Positions 1-12,190 of a stretch of DNA of 64,000 nucleotides are shown here, one piece after another (position 1 is the first letter of the stretch; each line of letters opens with the position of its first letter). The DNA is from Lama guanicoe (Eukaryota). Location of the stretch: assembly GCA_013239625.1 (NCBI GenBank), contig MU056000.1, positions 10,677,175-10,741,174 on the forward strand, written 5' to 3'. Position numbers and translations under genes: made by a program. The notes below the pieces were generated by a model. The model was not told the DNA's origin, did no database searches, and worked only from the letters and a program-made list of their open reading frames with translations.

Positions 1-275
1 ACTGATAACGTAGGCTATTCAACAGAAGCAGATAACGATATTAAATTGTATACACTGAATAACTTGGCTTTAAACTATGAAGCAAATGCTAGCAGAACTA
101 AAAGGAGAAATACCAATCCATGGCAGAGTTACAGATGCCAACAGCACACGTCTCTCAGTAACAGATAGAATAAGCAGGAAAAAAAATCAGTGCGTATAAA
201 AAAAATATTTGAGCAACACAATTTACCAACTTGACTTGAGGCATGAGCCCAACAAGGGCAGAAATTCACTCCACA
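1..275 (+). mobile_element. Old L1 ORF2 fragment (endonuclease region), decayed
   Basis: gcagaactaaaaggagaaata...tctctcagtaacagatagaataagcagg...aacacaatttaccaacttgac resembles the L1 ORF2 ELKGEI..PLS..DR..NNTINQLDL segment; the reading frame is broken. Confidence 0.75.
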
Positions 276-769
276 CCACCGACAGATAGGTCTCTGGCAT
301 GTGGTGTCTTCCCAAGTGTTGGCTGGATTTTGATTTGTTTACGGTTGGCAAGTTTCCTTCTCGAAACAGTTACACACACATTCTGTGAAGACACAGGGGG
401 TATAGCTTGCAGCTTTATTACTTTATTCCCACCCTCTCTCCAGTGCTTTGGCAGAAGGATATTAATGCCAGAAGAGGAAGAAAGGGATCAGGAGACTTAA
501 AATTTGAGTGACTCAAGAAATATATAAATGATGACAAGACCAGAATTATAAAAACAAAGATTTATTGGCAGGGTGGTGGTTAGGAAGCCATAGCAGTGTG
601 AACACAGGAGCCAGTGTGGGTGACAACCTTGGACAGGAGTCAGAGTCCAGACTCTGGGAAGCGGGATCGCCTTGTGTCTCTCCCTTGCAGCTGGTGAGAG
701 GTGAGGCTGCAAAAAGGGAAATGAGATAAGGAGTGGACTAGTGGAAAATTACTGAGGCCTTTGGAACAG

Positions 770-915
770 ACGTTAAGAGTATGGACTTTGGAGTCACATT
801 GTCTGATTTTGGGTCCAGCTCCCCCTCTTACTAGCTGTGTGACCTCAGGCAAGTGACTTAAACTCTCTGTGCCTCATTTCCTGAAATGAAAAATCCTGAG
901 GATTAAACAAGTTGA
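770..915 (+). mobile_element. MIR SINE
   Basis: MIR core: ttactagctgtgtgacctcaggcaagtgacttaaactctctgtgcctcatttcct. Confidence 0.9.
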
Positions 916-1227
916 TAAGATTCATGTCTGCTACTTCTGGGAAGAGGTACGTCTGGCATCTAGTTGTAGATGTCCAAGCAGTTGAAGTATTGGTACAAAG
1001 GTACGGGGCAAGACAGAGGGTGCCCGGGTAGGGACCTCTGGGCCCTCAGATCATCTTCACAGCATCAGAGAGAGCTCCAAGATGCTGGCCTCTGGAGGGT
1101 CCTGGGGCAATGAGTGAGAAACCCGAGTCTGGGATGCAGAAGTGCTCCCTTCACTAGACTTAGCAGTATGCTCCATCACCTGCCTCCATCCTTGAAATGT
1201 AATGACCTTTTCCTGATTATCAAGGCT

Positions 1228-1670
1228 CTATACAGCAGCACTGTTTGTAATGGCTAAAAACTGGAAACAACCTAAATGTCTATCAATAAGGGAAGAGATT
1301 AATTAATTGTGGCTTATTTGATGAATACTCTACAGCAGTTAAAACAAATGATTTGGTTCAATACATAGCAACCTGAACGGCTCTCAGAAATCTAATGACA
1401 GTGAAAAAAGTAAGTTGCATTGTGATAAAATTTATATAAATTTTGCAGAACACATTGTAGGATGTTTATGAAAGCATAATATATAGAAATGTGTACAAAC
1501 ACAGGCTAGATGGACACAATCTCAGGAAGAGAGGGGTCTGGAATGTGAACAAAGTGGACTCAAATTTCATCTAGAACATTCTGTCTCTTCATTAAATATT
1601 TGAAGCAAAAACTACAGTTAATTTTGGATGGAGTCTCCATTATTTTCCTGTACTTTCTTCTATTTTAAAA
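1228..1670 (+). mobile_element. Old L1 (L1MC/ME-like) 3' region
   Basis: cagcagcactgtttgtaatggctaaaaactggaaacaacctaaatgtctatcaataa, the conserved ORF2 end/3'UTR. Confidence 0.8.
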
Positions 1671-1779
1671 AAACTTTTCATGCCCGTTGTAGAAAATATA
1701 GAAAAAGCAAATAACTAGAATTTAGGTGTAATCACTATTGCTATCTTGTCCTATCACAATGTGTGTGTAGAGGTGTATT

Positions 1780-2150
1780 TGAAATTACACTGTATATGCA
1801 GTTTTGTAAAATGCTTTTTAAACTTGATGTATTATATTTTCCTATGTCATGAAGTGTTCTTTACAGATATGATTTTCAGTGGCTGAAAAATAGTTTATCT
1901 TCTGCACATACTACAATTATTCCATCATCATTTTTCCATAATTGGATCTATAAACTATTTCTGACTTTTTGTCACTGTAAATAACAGGGCTGTGAACACT
2001 GTATATTTCTGATTATTCTGTTAAGATACATTTCTAGGAATAGATTTATAGGTTCAAAATTTGTGGGCATTTTTAGGGCTATTGATACACATTGACAAAT
2101 TGATTTCTGAAAGATTGAAACAGCAGACACTCCCTCCAGTTGTGTGTATA
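1780..2150 (-). mobile_element. Old L1 (L1ME-like) fragment
   Basis: Antisense L1 3' motifs, e.g. taagatacatttctaggaatagatt...ttgatacacattgacaaattg. Confidence 0.65.
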
Positions 2151-2999
2151 TGGGAAACTTGCTGATGTTAAGGTCCGTTACTCGGATAAAACTCCTAAGT
2201 TACCCCACCTCTACTGCAATTTTGTTTCCCTGGTCCTCCAGGCCTATTTTCTTTTGTATTTTCTCTCGTGGTCATTTAGACCTCAGGAAGAGAGTGGCTT
2301 CTGGCTGGAAGACAGGCAGGGTGGGCGATTCCCCTAATATTTGCTCCTGTGGGAACCTCACGGCCAGCCTCCTCCATCCGATGAATGCAGTCACTTCCAG
2401 TCATTAGGTTGAGGGCCAGTCTGATTCCTGCTCAGCACCTCCCACTCTGTGGCTGACACGCACCACAGTCTGCCTTCAGGGAGGAAGGACAACCTGTTAT
2501 TTTGCAGTTGTGCTGTCTTCTGTCAATAGGAAGCCAGTGACACTACACTCAGCAAAAACGCAGGTTCACCCTAAGTGGCCGTTCATTCCTAAATGGGAAA
2601 ACTCAGCCCTGACGTTTGCTGTGACTGGCAAGAATCCCTTCCATATGGGAACACCTCTCTGTATCCGAAACTGGATCTAGTCATGGGGCTCCTGATGGGT
2701 AGCACATGGTTCAGCAGAAGAATGAATGGTCTAGTCCTGGCCTGTTCACTGGTGTGTAACATGTGTTTGTCACAGCCCACATGTTCACTTCCAGGATATT
2801 TGTAGACATAAGCCCCAACTGTTTTCAGAGCCTCCCACCTTGTGATACTTACTGTGTTGCTTTAAACTTACACTGATATAAAACAAAAATGAATTGCACA
2901 CTCCACTGTCACTATAGGATGTCATACATTCTAAAGTAAAAAAAAAAGTAGCTGCCTCCCACTGCTCTTAGGGTAGGTAAATAGCCACATCCCCATTGT

Positions 3000-3703
3000 G
3001 ACCCACAATCTGTCTGGTCTCATTCCACACGAACCTCTTTGACCTTCTTTCTGGATCTCAAACACAGCAGGGCCTTTGCACATGCAATCTCTATTGTCTA
3101 AAATAGTCTGATGTTCCTGGATTATCATAGACCCAGCATGTCCCACCCAGGGCCCTCTTTTACCCAGTCTTAGTGGAATCCTTTAGATGAGCTCAGAAAT
3201 AATATCTTCAGGAAAGCGGCTGTCCCTGATACCCCAGACTCCATCTGGACCCTCTGACGAATGTCCTCATAACATGTTTTTGTTTGTGATGGTTTGTGGT
3301 TTACAATATGCTGTTTATCTGTGTTGTCCTTTTCTTTTTTTTTTTTTCATTGAAGTACAGTCGATTTGCAATATAATTTCTGGTGCATAGCAGTTACACC
3401 TGTATAGATATATTCCTTTTCATATTCTTTTCATCATAAGTTACTACAAGATACTGAATATAGTTCCCTGGGCAGTAGGATCTTGTTTATTTATCTATTT
3501 TATATATAGTACTTAGTATCTGCTAATCCTGACCTCCCAAACTCCACCCCCACCCCCAGTCATTATTGTTTGATGTCTATCTCTCCTATTGGTCTTTTGT
3601 GCTCCATGGGCAAAGAGGTGGCTTTTCTTACCACTGGAATTATGATGGCCAGCACAACGTGGGGCAGACAGGTGCTGAATGACTGCTTGTCAAATGAATA
3701 AAT
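3000..3703 (+). mobile_element. L2 3' fragment interrupted by an L1 3' end
   Basis: cagggcctttgcacatgc motif and a terminal tgcttgtcaaatgaataaatg typical of L2 3' ends. Confidence 0.7.
3330..3558 (-). mobile_element. Camelid-type L1 3' end (5'-truncated)
   Basis: poly(T) followed by attgaagtacagtcgattt...ttactacaagatactgaatatagttccctg; same family as many other copies in the window. Confidence 0.88.
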
Positions 3704-4224
3704 GGAGGCCGACATCACACGGCTGATGGCTTGGTTGGTTAGTACAATGGCTGAGTATCCCCACGTTCAGTTTCCTTGCAAGGGGCTGAACTATTTCTTA
3801 TACTGTAGAAGACAGCCATTCAGGGTAGAGACTTTAAGACGAATGGGCAGGTTTTCTCACCTGCTTTTTTACCTGTTAGTGATGGGAACTTGTTCCTACC
3901 TTTGCCTCAGTCTCATTTAAGTATGGGAACAATATCTTCACTTTTCTTCCATCCTAAGATACCATTATTGAATAACATCATTTAATAATAACTTTTCACT
4001 GGAAAAACCCAAATATACTGAAAAAAAAAGCAGCATTGCTCCCACATTAAGTATATAAGTATAAAACACTCAATCCTGGACTTGTTAACATGTTAAAAAA
4101 AAGACATCTTTTAGAATTTAGACGAAATTTGGCAATCCTACCACACAGGCTAGTTAAGACTATTAAAATAGATGAGTACATGTTAAATGTATTGCTGAGT
4201 GTCTGGCACACAGTTCAATAAAAT

Positions 4225-4430
4225 ATTATAATAATTACAATATAATATATAATATAAAATACATAACATAATATGAAATAATATAATATTATAACATAAT
4301 ATTATACATAACATATAATATTATATGTAATACACATATATTATGCATTATATTCTACATAATACATATATTACATAGAATATTATATTATAAATAAAAT
4401 GACATTATATATATATAATATTATAAAGTT
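4225..4430. repeat. AT-rich low-complexity tract (TA/TAA/ATAAT)
   Basis: About 200 bp almost entirely A/T with degenerate taatata units. Confidence 0.9.
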
Positions 4431-4526
4431 TCTTACTATTTTTATTGTCATTTTACTTTGAGAGGATTAGCTTGATTTTAGCCTGTGGCTTGTATATCTT
4501 CAAGGACATTGAAGGGCCCATGTCTT

Positions 4527-4995
4527 TGTCCAGGAGGAAGAAATTTCCTTTACTCTTCTAAGGTTCTTCTGTCTGGCCTAAGAATTAAATTGGCATGAGA
4601 CAGATTAACAGGAGAAAATCAAACAAAAGTTTAATAACATGTATATACAGGAGAGACTTGGGAAAACTAACTCACCAAAACAGCCAAGTCCCTCACCTTA
4701 AATACCATCCTCAGCTACAAGCAAAGGAGGATGTTGCAGGTGGGGAGAGCCAGGGACAGCACAGTCAACAAGGGTGGGGTTGCTATGCAGATCTGTCTCT
4801 AGAGATCAGGTCATTCTTCTCTTCTGGGAGCAGTGAGGGAGACACCCTGCCACATGGAGAGTTCCCTTACAAAGGTAAATATTTCTTACAAAACAGTAAC
4901 TTCGACTTGGTTTGCAGGGATTTCCCCATGTTTGCTGTTTCTTAGAAAATAACCAAAGAGACATATTAAAGGGTGGCAAATTCTGCTTGCCTATA
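4527..4995 (-). mobile_element. Solo ERV1-class LTR
   Basis: Starts TG; contains agacagattaacaggagaaaa...aaagtttaataacatg, typical of eutherian ERV1 LTRs; possible 4-bp TSD tctt/cctt. Confidence 0.7.
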
Positions 4996-6283
4996 CCTTC
5001 TATTTATTTATGAATTCAATTTGCCCTAGCATTTGGTAAGGCACCCTAAACACCCAGCAGACAGGCATCAACAGTGTAGATAACAGAGGAATTCAAACCA
5101 TGGAGACCAAAGCTGTTTCCGACCCTGCCTCCTATGGGCTTTTGAATGAAGGGAAAGCAGTGTGGGCCTCTGGTCTTCCTCTGGCTGCAGGCACTCAGAA
5201 CCCAGCTTCTTTCCTAAAGAAAAGCCCCTATTGGGCGGGCCCGCATCTGCTGTCGTGGTCAGGATGTTACTGTTGTCTTTTCTGTGTTTTCACAAAATAA
5301 CGTCGGGGCATGTCTATTCCAAGAAATCACTGTTGGGCGTTTCCGGTCCCACGGCCACCCCCTGGCGCAGGCCTTCATTACCTCTTGCTTGTCCCCTTGT
5401 AGTCACCTCCTACCAACCTCCAGACTTTCCTCCCTGCAACCCATCCAGGTTAACTCAGTTCAGCACCAACAAGTGACCTGCTGTCCCTGGAGTCATCCGT
5501 CTCAGTTACGGATGTGCTCTCTCGCTCCCCGTGAGGGCCTGGCTGAGCAGGAAAAGCTCATGGTCATGTAAAGCGTTATTCTTACTAACATTTGGGGAAT
5601 AAAGTCACCCCTCTTGGTTAGCCTGGTGTATGAAGCTGTCTCAGGTCAGCGCCTTCTAACTTCCCAGACTTTCTTCTGCTCAGCCCTGCTTTGTTCCTGA
5701 TTCCCTGCCAATCGCATCCGTCAGTCTCCTCCGCTTTCTGGCCTAATCTCCCTCACTGACCTCCCTGAGCACAGCCCGGGCTTATCCTGCAGGACTCGAC
5801 TCCAAGTTTCCAGCTGGGGGTGGAGTCAGACATGCACGCACCTGGTTTCCCTTCTAGACTGGAAACTCCTTGAAAGTAGGAACTCCACCTTACTTCTCCT
5901 TATACTGTAGTTTTTACAAATAGTACACATAAAATAAGTAAATTATTTTTTGGTTACTGAAACATCAAAAGGAACAGTAATTAGATATCCTGTATGTGTC
6001 ACAGTAACTCTGCCTGCAAGAGAGAAAAGGTGCCCAGTGAAGGCATCTTTCTTCTGCAAGTAATTTTCTTCTTTCGTGTGTTCTTCCTCTGAACTAATGT
6101 GATGGTGCAGAGGGGCTTTTCCTTTCTTTGACGCGCAGAGAGAGGTCTAAGCTGACAGATGATGATATTTTAGCTATGCATTCATTCATGCATGGATCCC
6201 CTGCTCAGAATGCAACCAGTGTACATTGTTAAATTGACACCAGTGCTTTACTGTATGAAGGGTGGGTTGAATTCAGATATGAG

Positions 6284-6775
6284 TGTTACCCAACCAAACT
6301 TGGGTCCGCTTGCCCACGCAGTAAAGCTAATCCACTGACACCAGGTTATGGCAAAGGAAAGGGCAGCATTTACTATGAAGCTCCAGGCAAGGAATCTGGG
6401 CAGCATTAATGCTCAAAAACCCAAGCTCTCTGATGGGTTTCAGGAAAGCATTTTTAAAGGCCAGGTGAGGGAAGGAAGTCAAAGGGTATGTGATCAGCTA
6501 GTGCACGTCTCTGATTGGTTGATGGTGAGATAACAGGGTGGGGGTCCCAGGGGCTGACGTTATCAATCCTTGGGCTCCAGTAGGTTTGGGGACTATGCGC
6601 TCATGGTCATCAAGTAGCTAACATCTTCCCCGTTTGGTGGAGGTTTTAGTGTCTGTAAAACAACTCAGGAAATGTGCATTGGATACTGTTACCTACTTTA
6701 GAGAGGAACTAAAGCAGAGGACATGGGGGCAGGGGTCTGTCCCAGGAAGCCCCCATAGAGTCCTGCTCGGTTACC
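6284..6775 (-). mobile_element. Solo ERV1-class LTR with 4-bp TSD
   Basis: Termini tgttacc...ggttacc; TSD tgag at 6280-6283 and 6776-6779; internal ctgattggttgatggtgag (CCAAT on the minus strand). Confidence 0.85.
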
Positions 6776-7129
6776 TGAGGACCAGGAGCTGAAGATGGGA
6801 TCAGCGACCTGGATTGAGGGCACAGCTGGGCAAGGTCACCCCTCCCCCCATCTGCCCTCTCCTTAGCTGCGGCTCCCAGAGCACAGAGTAGCCACTGAAC
6901 ATTCTCATCCTTAAGAGCTGGGCTGACGCCACCAGCTTTCAAGAAACAGGTGTCACAGAGAATTATTCTAAGCCAATGACACTGTGATATCTGCAGATGG
7001 ATTCTTCATTCTTTTAGGGCACCCCACCAAAATAATGCTGTGCACAACATAGCCTATTGGTTTTCATATCGTGTTTTATGGCTCCCTTGACTTTTAGGTA
7101 TTCTTTTGAAAGTAATGACTTGTTGCCTG

Positions 7130-7633
7130 TGTGGATTGAAAAACACACACACACAATGTGAGAGCAGTGAGTTTCAGTTTTATCTGGGGACCTAACTGAG
7201 AACTATAACACAGGAGACAGCGTCTCAGATAGCTCTGAGGAACTGCTCCAGAGAACTAGGGGAAGAGTCAGTGTAAATATGATTTTTTTGTTGTTGTTGG
7301 GAAGCACATGTAGTCAAGCATCAAATGATGACTGCTAGTCACAAAGAACAGATACCTCAATAAATGATTTGAATGATTTTCGTGCTTATGGGAAGATGCA
7401 AAAATCTGAGGTTATTGAAATTCTTCCTTAGAGGTGCATCTTGACTACCTAGGGGCCCATTTATCCAAAGCACAGAGGGGTTCATCCTGTTTTTTTCCAC
7501 CTTGAATTCCCCTTAGGGAGCGCACTGTCCTGGGTGATGCAATGGGTTGCGACTTAAGCTTTTGTAATAAGGGGCTGATGAGCGGCACTCTTTGTTTTTT
7601 TGTTTTTATTTTAAATTGTGTACATATTTTACA
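7130..7633 (-). mobile_element. Solo ERV1-class LTR
   Basis: tctcagatagctctgaggaactgctcc and tatgggaagatgcaaaaatctg motifs recalled from laurasiatherian ERV1 LTRs; right boundary approximate. Confidence 0.7.
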
Positions 7634-7879
7634 GTTGTGTGCAGGATACAATTTCTAAATCCAGTCTCTTTTCTTTTTCAGTCACTGATGACATTCATGT
7701 CTTTATTGTATGGCAGATATGTCCGTATCAACAGGCTCTGAACAATAAAGTCGACAAGATGGTTTTCCAGATGGACAGATGATTTTCTGGTTGCTTTTAA
7801 TTACTGCAAAGTTAAAACAGCAATTCTGAATGAACCAAAAAAGAGCTGAAAAGCCCCAGTAAATGTTAGAATAGGCTCA

Positions 7880-8060
7880 GGTGTCCGAGAATGTGGATTC
7901 CAACCTCCATCGGAGTTGACTGAACTTGGTGACCTTGAGCACACAATTTTCTTCTCTCGTTACTGGACTCTCCAGCTATAGAACAGAGACATTGCTGACA
8001 GTACCCTCCCCTGCACCTCATCCTTCAAGGATGTGAACACAATGTGTGGAAATATATCCT
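7880..8060 (+). mobile_element. Degenerate MIR
   Basis: ggtgaccttgagcaca...ctatagaacagagacattg...acctca MIR-core remnants. Confidence 0.5.
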
Positions 8061-10809
8061 CAGACTAAAAGGTCACACATACGTTTGAATTAAGTAGTGA
8101 GCCTAAGATGTTTTTAGGTGCTGGTATTTCTATGTAGATCCCTTATAAAAAATGTGCATCTCGGTGACAGGTGGCAAGTTGCTCATCTGTCATAAACTAG
8201 TCCATAAAAACCATTTATCTTTCCCTCTTTCTCTGCATTATCATCTTTATTTTCAGGTGCTGCAGAAATGCCTTGTTTTCAATAACAGACATAATCTGAG
8301 AAGTCATTCTGTCTGTGTGTTCCATGTCACCCCCCCCCCTTTGAGCTACGAGCCAGTCCCCAGTGTTGAGGGTGAGCCTCCCTCCACAGTGCTGGCCTCC
8401 TGGGTAACGGTCAACCACAGAACTGCTCCAGGGCATGAGTTACTGAGGCAAGGTGCCTCTGAATCTCATTTTTCTTGCTTTATTTTAACCAGATGTTAAT
8501 AACAACTGACAGGAGAGTGACCTGTTATCAAGCTTTGGGAAATTTCTTAAGTAGAAGATGTTCAACGAGAAATGTCACTCTCTAGCAATTTCAGAGTCTT
8601 GTGATTTTTATCAGAATAGAGTTATTTTGCCTTAAGGATTTTTCTAAACCCATTACTTTCCTATAAAAGACTTTCAACTGAAATAATACATTTCTCATCC
8701 TATCGTTACTTTCATTGCTGCAGACTCTAAAATACTTGAAAAAATATTTTAAACTCCCATTCAAGGACCATTTACACCATTGTGAAATTCACATAGGGTG
8801 ATATACAGTGACAATTTTAATACCTTACTGCCATAGTAATAAAATTTTGATGTAGTAAGGAAAGAAAAGATCCTGATATTTTAATAATATGACAATGCTC
8901 TTTTAGAAATGCTGAATAATCACTCTGGCTGGAGTTGGGAGAGGCAAGGGCATTCCATTATTTGAAGAGCATCACATGGTGCCTAATGACTTACTTAGAG
9001 AAAGTGTGAGCGTACTTTCTGTCTTATTGAAAAGGTACGCCTCCTTCAGATTGGCTTTGTGAGAATGATCCTTTCTCATCATTTTCATGAAAGACACCGG
9101 CTTTAGGGTGGCTATCACATAATCACTGGTGACGTATTACATATGAATCCCTTACCCCTAGATGGCAAAGCTCATCTTTGAAGGCTTGCAACCTTAGCTA
9201 CTCAAAGGTCTCTTAATCCGTTGGAACTGCCAACGTTGGCAGTGATCTGCAGGCTTATATAGCTTTGCGCTTTGCATACTGCTCTAGTCTGGATAAAATG
9301 CTACCATCACTCAAAATAATACTTTGTAGAATTTCAGAATCTTTTATGAAAAGTTTCGTAGGAGGTAATTTTTTAGTCTTACTTGTAAAATGAGAAAACT
9401 ACATTGTTAAAAAAAAAAGTCTCCATAAAGGATTGTTCCAGCAAAATGAGATTTTCTAGAACTGATGTATTTTTACTTCACAATAGTTGATAAGCTTATG
9501 TTTAATTTTTCCTTCTCCCCTTCACGGGAAGGACTTCCTGAATAGTAATCATATTTTAGGCACACATGGTTATTTTATCCCTAAGGTGCCAGTGTCTGAA
9601 ACAATCCGTTTCAATATATAAGGGGAATTTCCTCCAGCTGGAGCAAAATAGGGTTAAGTTATTTGCTTTAGATTCTAATAAAGTTCATGGTAATTGCGTC
9701 ACCGAAATGCTTAGAGTCTTACGTTTTTATCACATATTTTAGCAAAGGATTCACATTTGTCTTGGTATTATTGCCCAGCTGGTACATGTTCTGCCCTGCT
9801 AGTAAGGTATTTGGTGGCTAATGGGTCAGGAGAACACCTTGAAATTCCTTTGCGTGCGGTGGGGAGGGCTGGGAGAGCCCAACAGGGCTCACCACAGGAA
9901 ACACGCCCGCCATCTGGAACCGACACGGAATGTCTGTCAGCATCCATTGCATCACAGATGTGTTGCCACTTTTGAAAACAAATACACAAAGAAACACTGT
10001 GACACACATGTAATGGAATATAGGTGTGTCAAGCGGGACACACCTTTCAAAGATTCCTGGGTTCATATTTCTAGTTGTATTACAACTTATTTTTTTGAGG
10101 TATGGGGATGAACAGTTATTGAGTGACAGAAAAATTATCCTGTGAATGACATCATTCATACGAAAGCTTGCTAACCCCTGGTGATAACTGCTTTAGGTTT
10201 CTTCACTTTTTAAAGATCCCTTTCTTACCAATATTCTGCATTTGTGAGACAGCAAGACTTCCAGGAGTCTAGTCTGTGGCAGCATTTCCTTAACTGATTC
10301 TTCTTCTTAGAATTCGAATGTCTCACAAAATTCAATAGTTATTTCATGAAAAAATGGATTTTCCTGGGTAGGTTAGTCAGGGTTCTCCAGAGAAACAAAA
10401 GTGATGGATGTGTATATAAAAAGAAAGAGATTTATTGGCTCACATGATTAAGGAGGCTGACAAGCCCCAAATCTGCAATGTGGACCGGCAGACTTGAGAC
10501 CCAAGTGAGCTGATGGTGCAGGTGAAGTGTGAAGGCATTTTGCTGGAAAATTCCCTCTTGCTTGCTGAGGAACGCTGGTCTTTTTCGTTCTCTTCAGACC
10601 TTCAACTGATTGGATGAGGCCCACCCACATCGTGGAGGTGAATCTGCTCTGTTCAAAATTTACCAGTTTAACTACTAACCTCTTCCAAAACACCCTCCAA
10701 GCTGACAAATAAACTTAACCATCACACGTCCACCCCTTGTCAACCTGGCACCCACGTGCATCTCTAAATCACAGATAAGGAGCTAAGAGAGGAGAATGAA
10801 GACATTTGC

Positions 10810-10813
<4 letters not shown>

Positions 10814-10840
<27 letters not shown>

Positions 10841-10841
10841 A
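10814..10841. repeat. (CA)n microsatellite inside ERV-L
   Basis: acacacac... run. Confidence 0.95.
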
Positions 10842-11149
10842 CAAAATAACGTGAACAGCTCATGACATTCGCAGCTCTCATTTCTGTAACTGGCCACATA
10901 CGTGGTAGATGTTCGTATTCATAACTACTTTCCCCCGCTACCCATCCTGTATTCCCTTTGCCTTCAGTGAGTGCCTCTGTTGGTTGTGGTTCTGTCTCTG
11001 GTGGGGGTGAGCCAAAGCTCCACTCCTGAAAGATCTAGGCCATTAGGAGTTCTACCTTAATTGGGATGCTACAGATTTTCAGTGACCTTAATCACAGGAT
11101 GTGGTTAAACTAAGAGAAACCTTAAGAAATCTCCTTCATTCTAGGCATC

Positions 11150-11576
11150 CTCTTCCTTAGCAGCCCAATTTCTTCTGGCAGTCAGGATCACTCTAGACGG
11201 CAGACTAATTCCCTCCTTTGCCTATTGATTCAGAGGCATGAAGAGCCCAAAGGGGCGGGTGGCGGCCTTCACTTCCGGTTCAATGGAATCATTCCTGTGC
11301 CTTCTGGTGGAAGCATTCCTCTCTTTGGAACTAAGACCGCTAGGCCTGCTCGCCTAGAGTATAAGGTCATGAAGACAGGATGCAAAAACTTCCCAAGTGG
11401 GTTGCAAGTGGTAATAGTGAGTGATGCCACTCCAGTTTCTACCCCTTGATTCCTGGACCCATGAATCTTATCAGAGAAATAGCACCGTATGTTGGATACT
11501 GACTCAAAGTAAATGCAGTACAGCCTCCTGGAGAACCTTGCCCCAGCCCTGCAAGGTGTTGCCAACTAGCTGGCAC
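11150..11576 (-). pseudogene. ERV-L integrase C-terminus and dUTPase remnant
   Basis: ORF 11269-11565 reads IHGSRNQGVETGVASLTIT...GLAVLVPKRGMLPPEGTGMIPLN, matching the ERV-L pol IN-dUTPase junction as recalled; frameshifted, with stops. Confidence 0.85.
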
Positions 11577-11583
11577 TGTAACT

Positions 11584-11838
11584 AGGTATTTTTTTAAATT
11601 GAGATACAGTTGATTTATGATATTAATTTCAGGTATACAACATAGTAATTCAAATTTTTAAATGATTATACTCCACTTAAAGTTTTTATAAAATATTGGC
11701 TATATTCCCTGTACTGCACAACATATCCCTGTAGCTTATTTACTTTATACACAGAAGTTTGTACCCCTTAATCCCCTCCCCCTTTCCTGACCCTCCCCAT
11801 TCCCTCTCTCCACTAGTAACCACTAATTTGTTTTCTCT
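11584..11838 (-). mobile_element. L1 3' end inserted into ERV-L integrase
   Basis: T-tract followed by ttgagatacagttgatttat...; flanked by tgtaact at 11577-11583 and 11839-11845. Confidence 0.85.
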
Positions 11839-12190
11839 TGTAACTGAGCCTTCAAAAGGCCATCCCACCATTCTATTAAGCCATCTGCTTCAGGATGATG
11901 GGGAACATGGTAAGACCAGTGAATTCTACAAGCATGAGCCCATTACCTCACTTCATTTGCTGTGAAGTGAGTTCCTCGATCAGAAGCGATGCTGTGTGGA
12001 TATCACACTGGCGGATAAAGCACTGTGTAAGTTCATGTATGGTAGTATTGGCAGAAGCAATGCATGCCAGGATGACAAATCCATATCCAGAGAAAGTGTC
12101 TATTTCACTAAGAAAAAAATGCTGCCCCTTCCATGGTGGAATCGGTCCAATGTAACCAACTTGCCACCAGTGGCTGGCTTATCACTCTGA
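11839..12190 (-). pseudogene. ERV-L integrase catalytic core remnant
   Basis: Manual translation WWQVGYIGPIPPWKGQHFFLSEIDTFSGYGF...SIASDRGTHFTANEVR*WAH...HWSYHVPHHPEADGLIEWWDGLLKAQL; first DDE Asp changed to Gly, in-frame stop. Confidence 0.92.

Noticed and set aside
8257..8371. Possible exon tttattttcag|GTG...GAGG|gtgagc
   Set aside because: The peptide is unrecognisable, it contains a long C homopolymer and has no partner exons; such pseudo-exons are common
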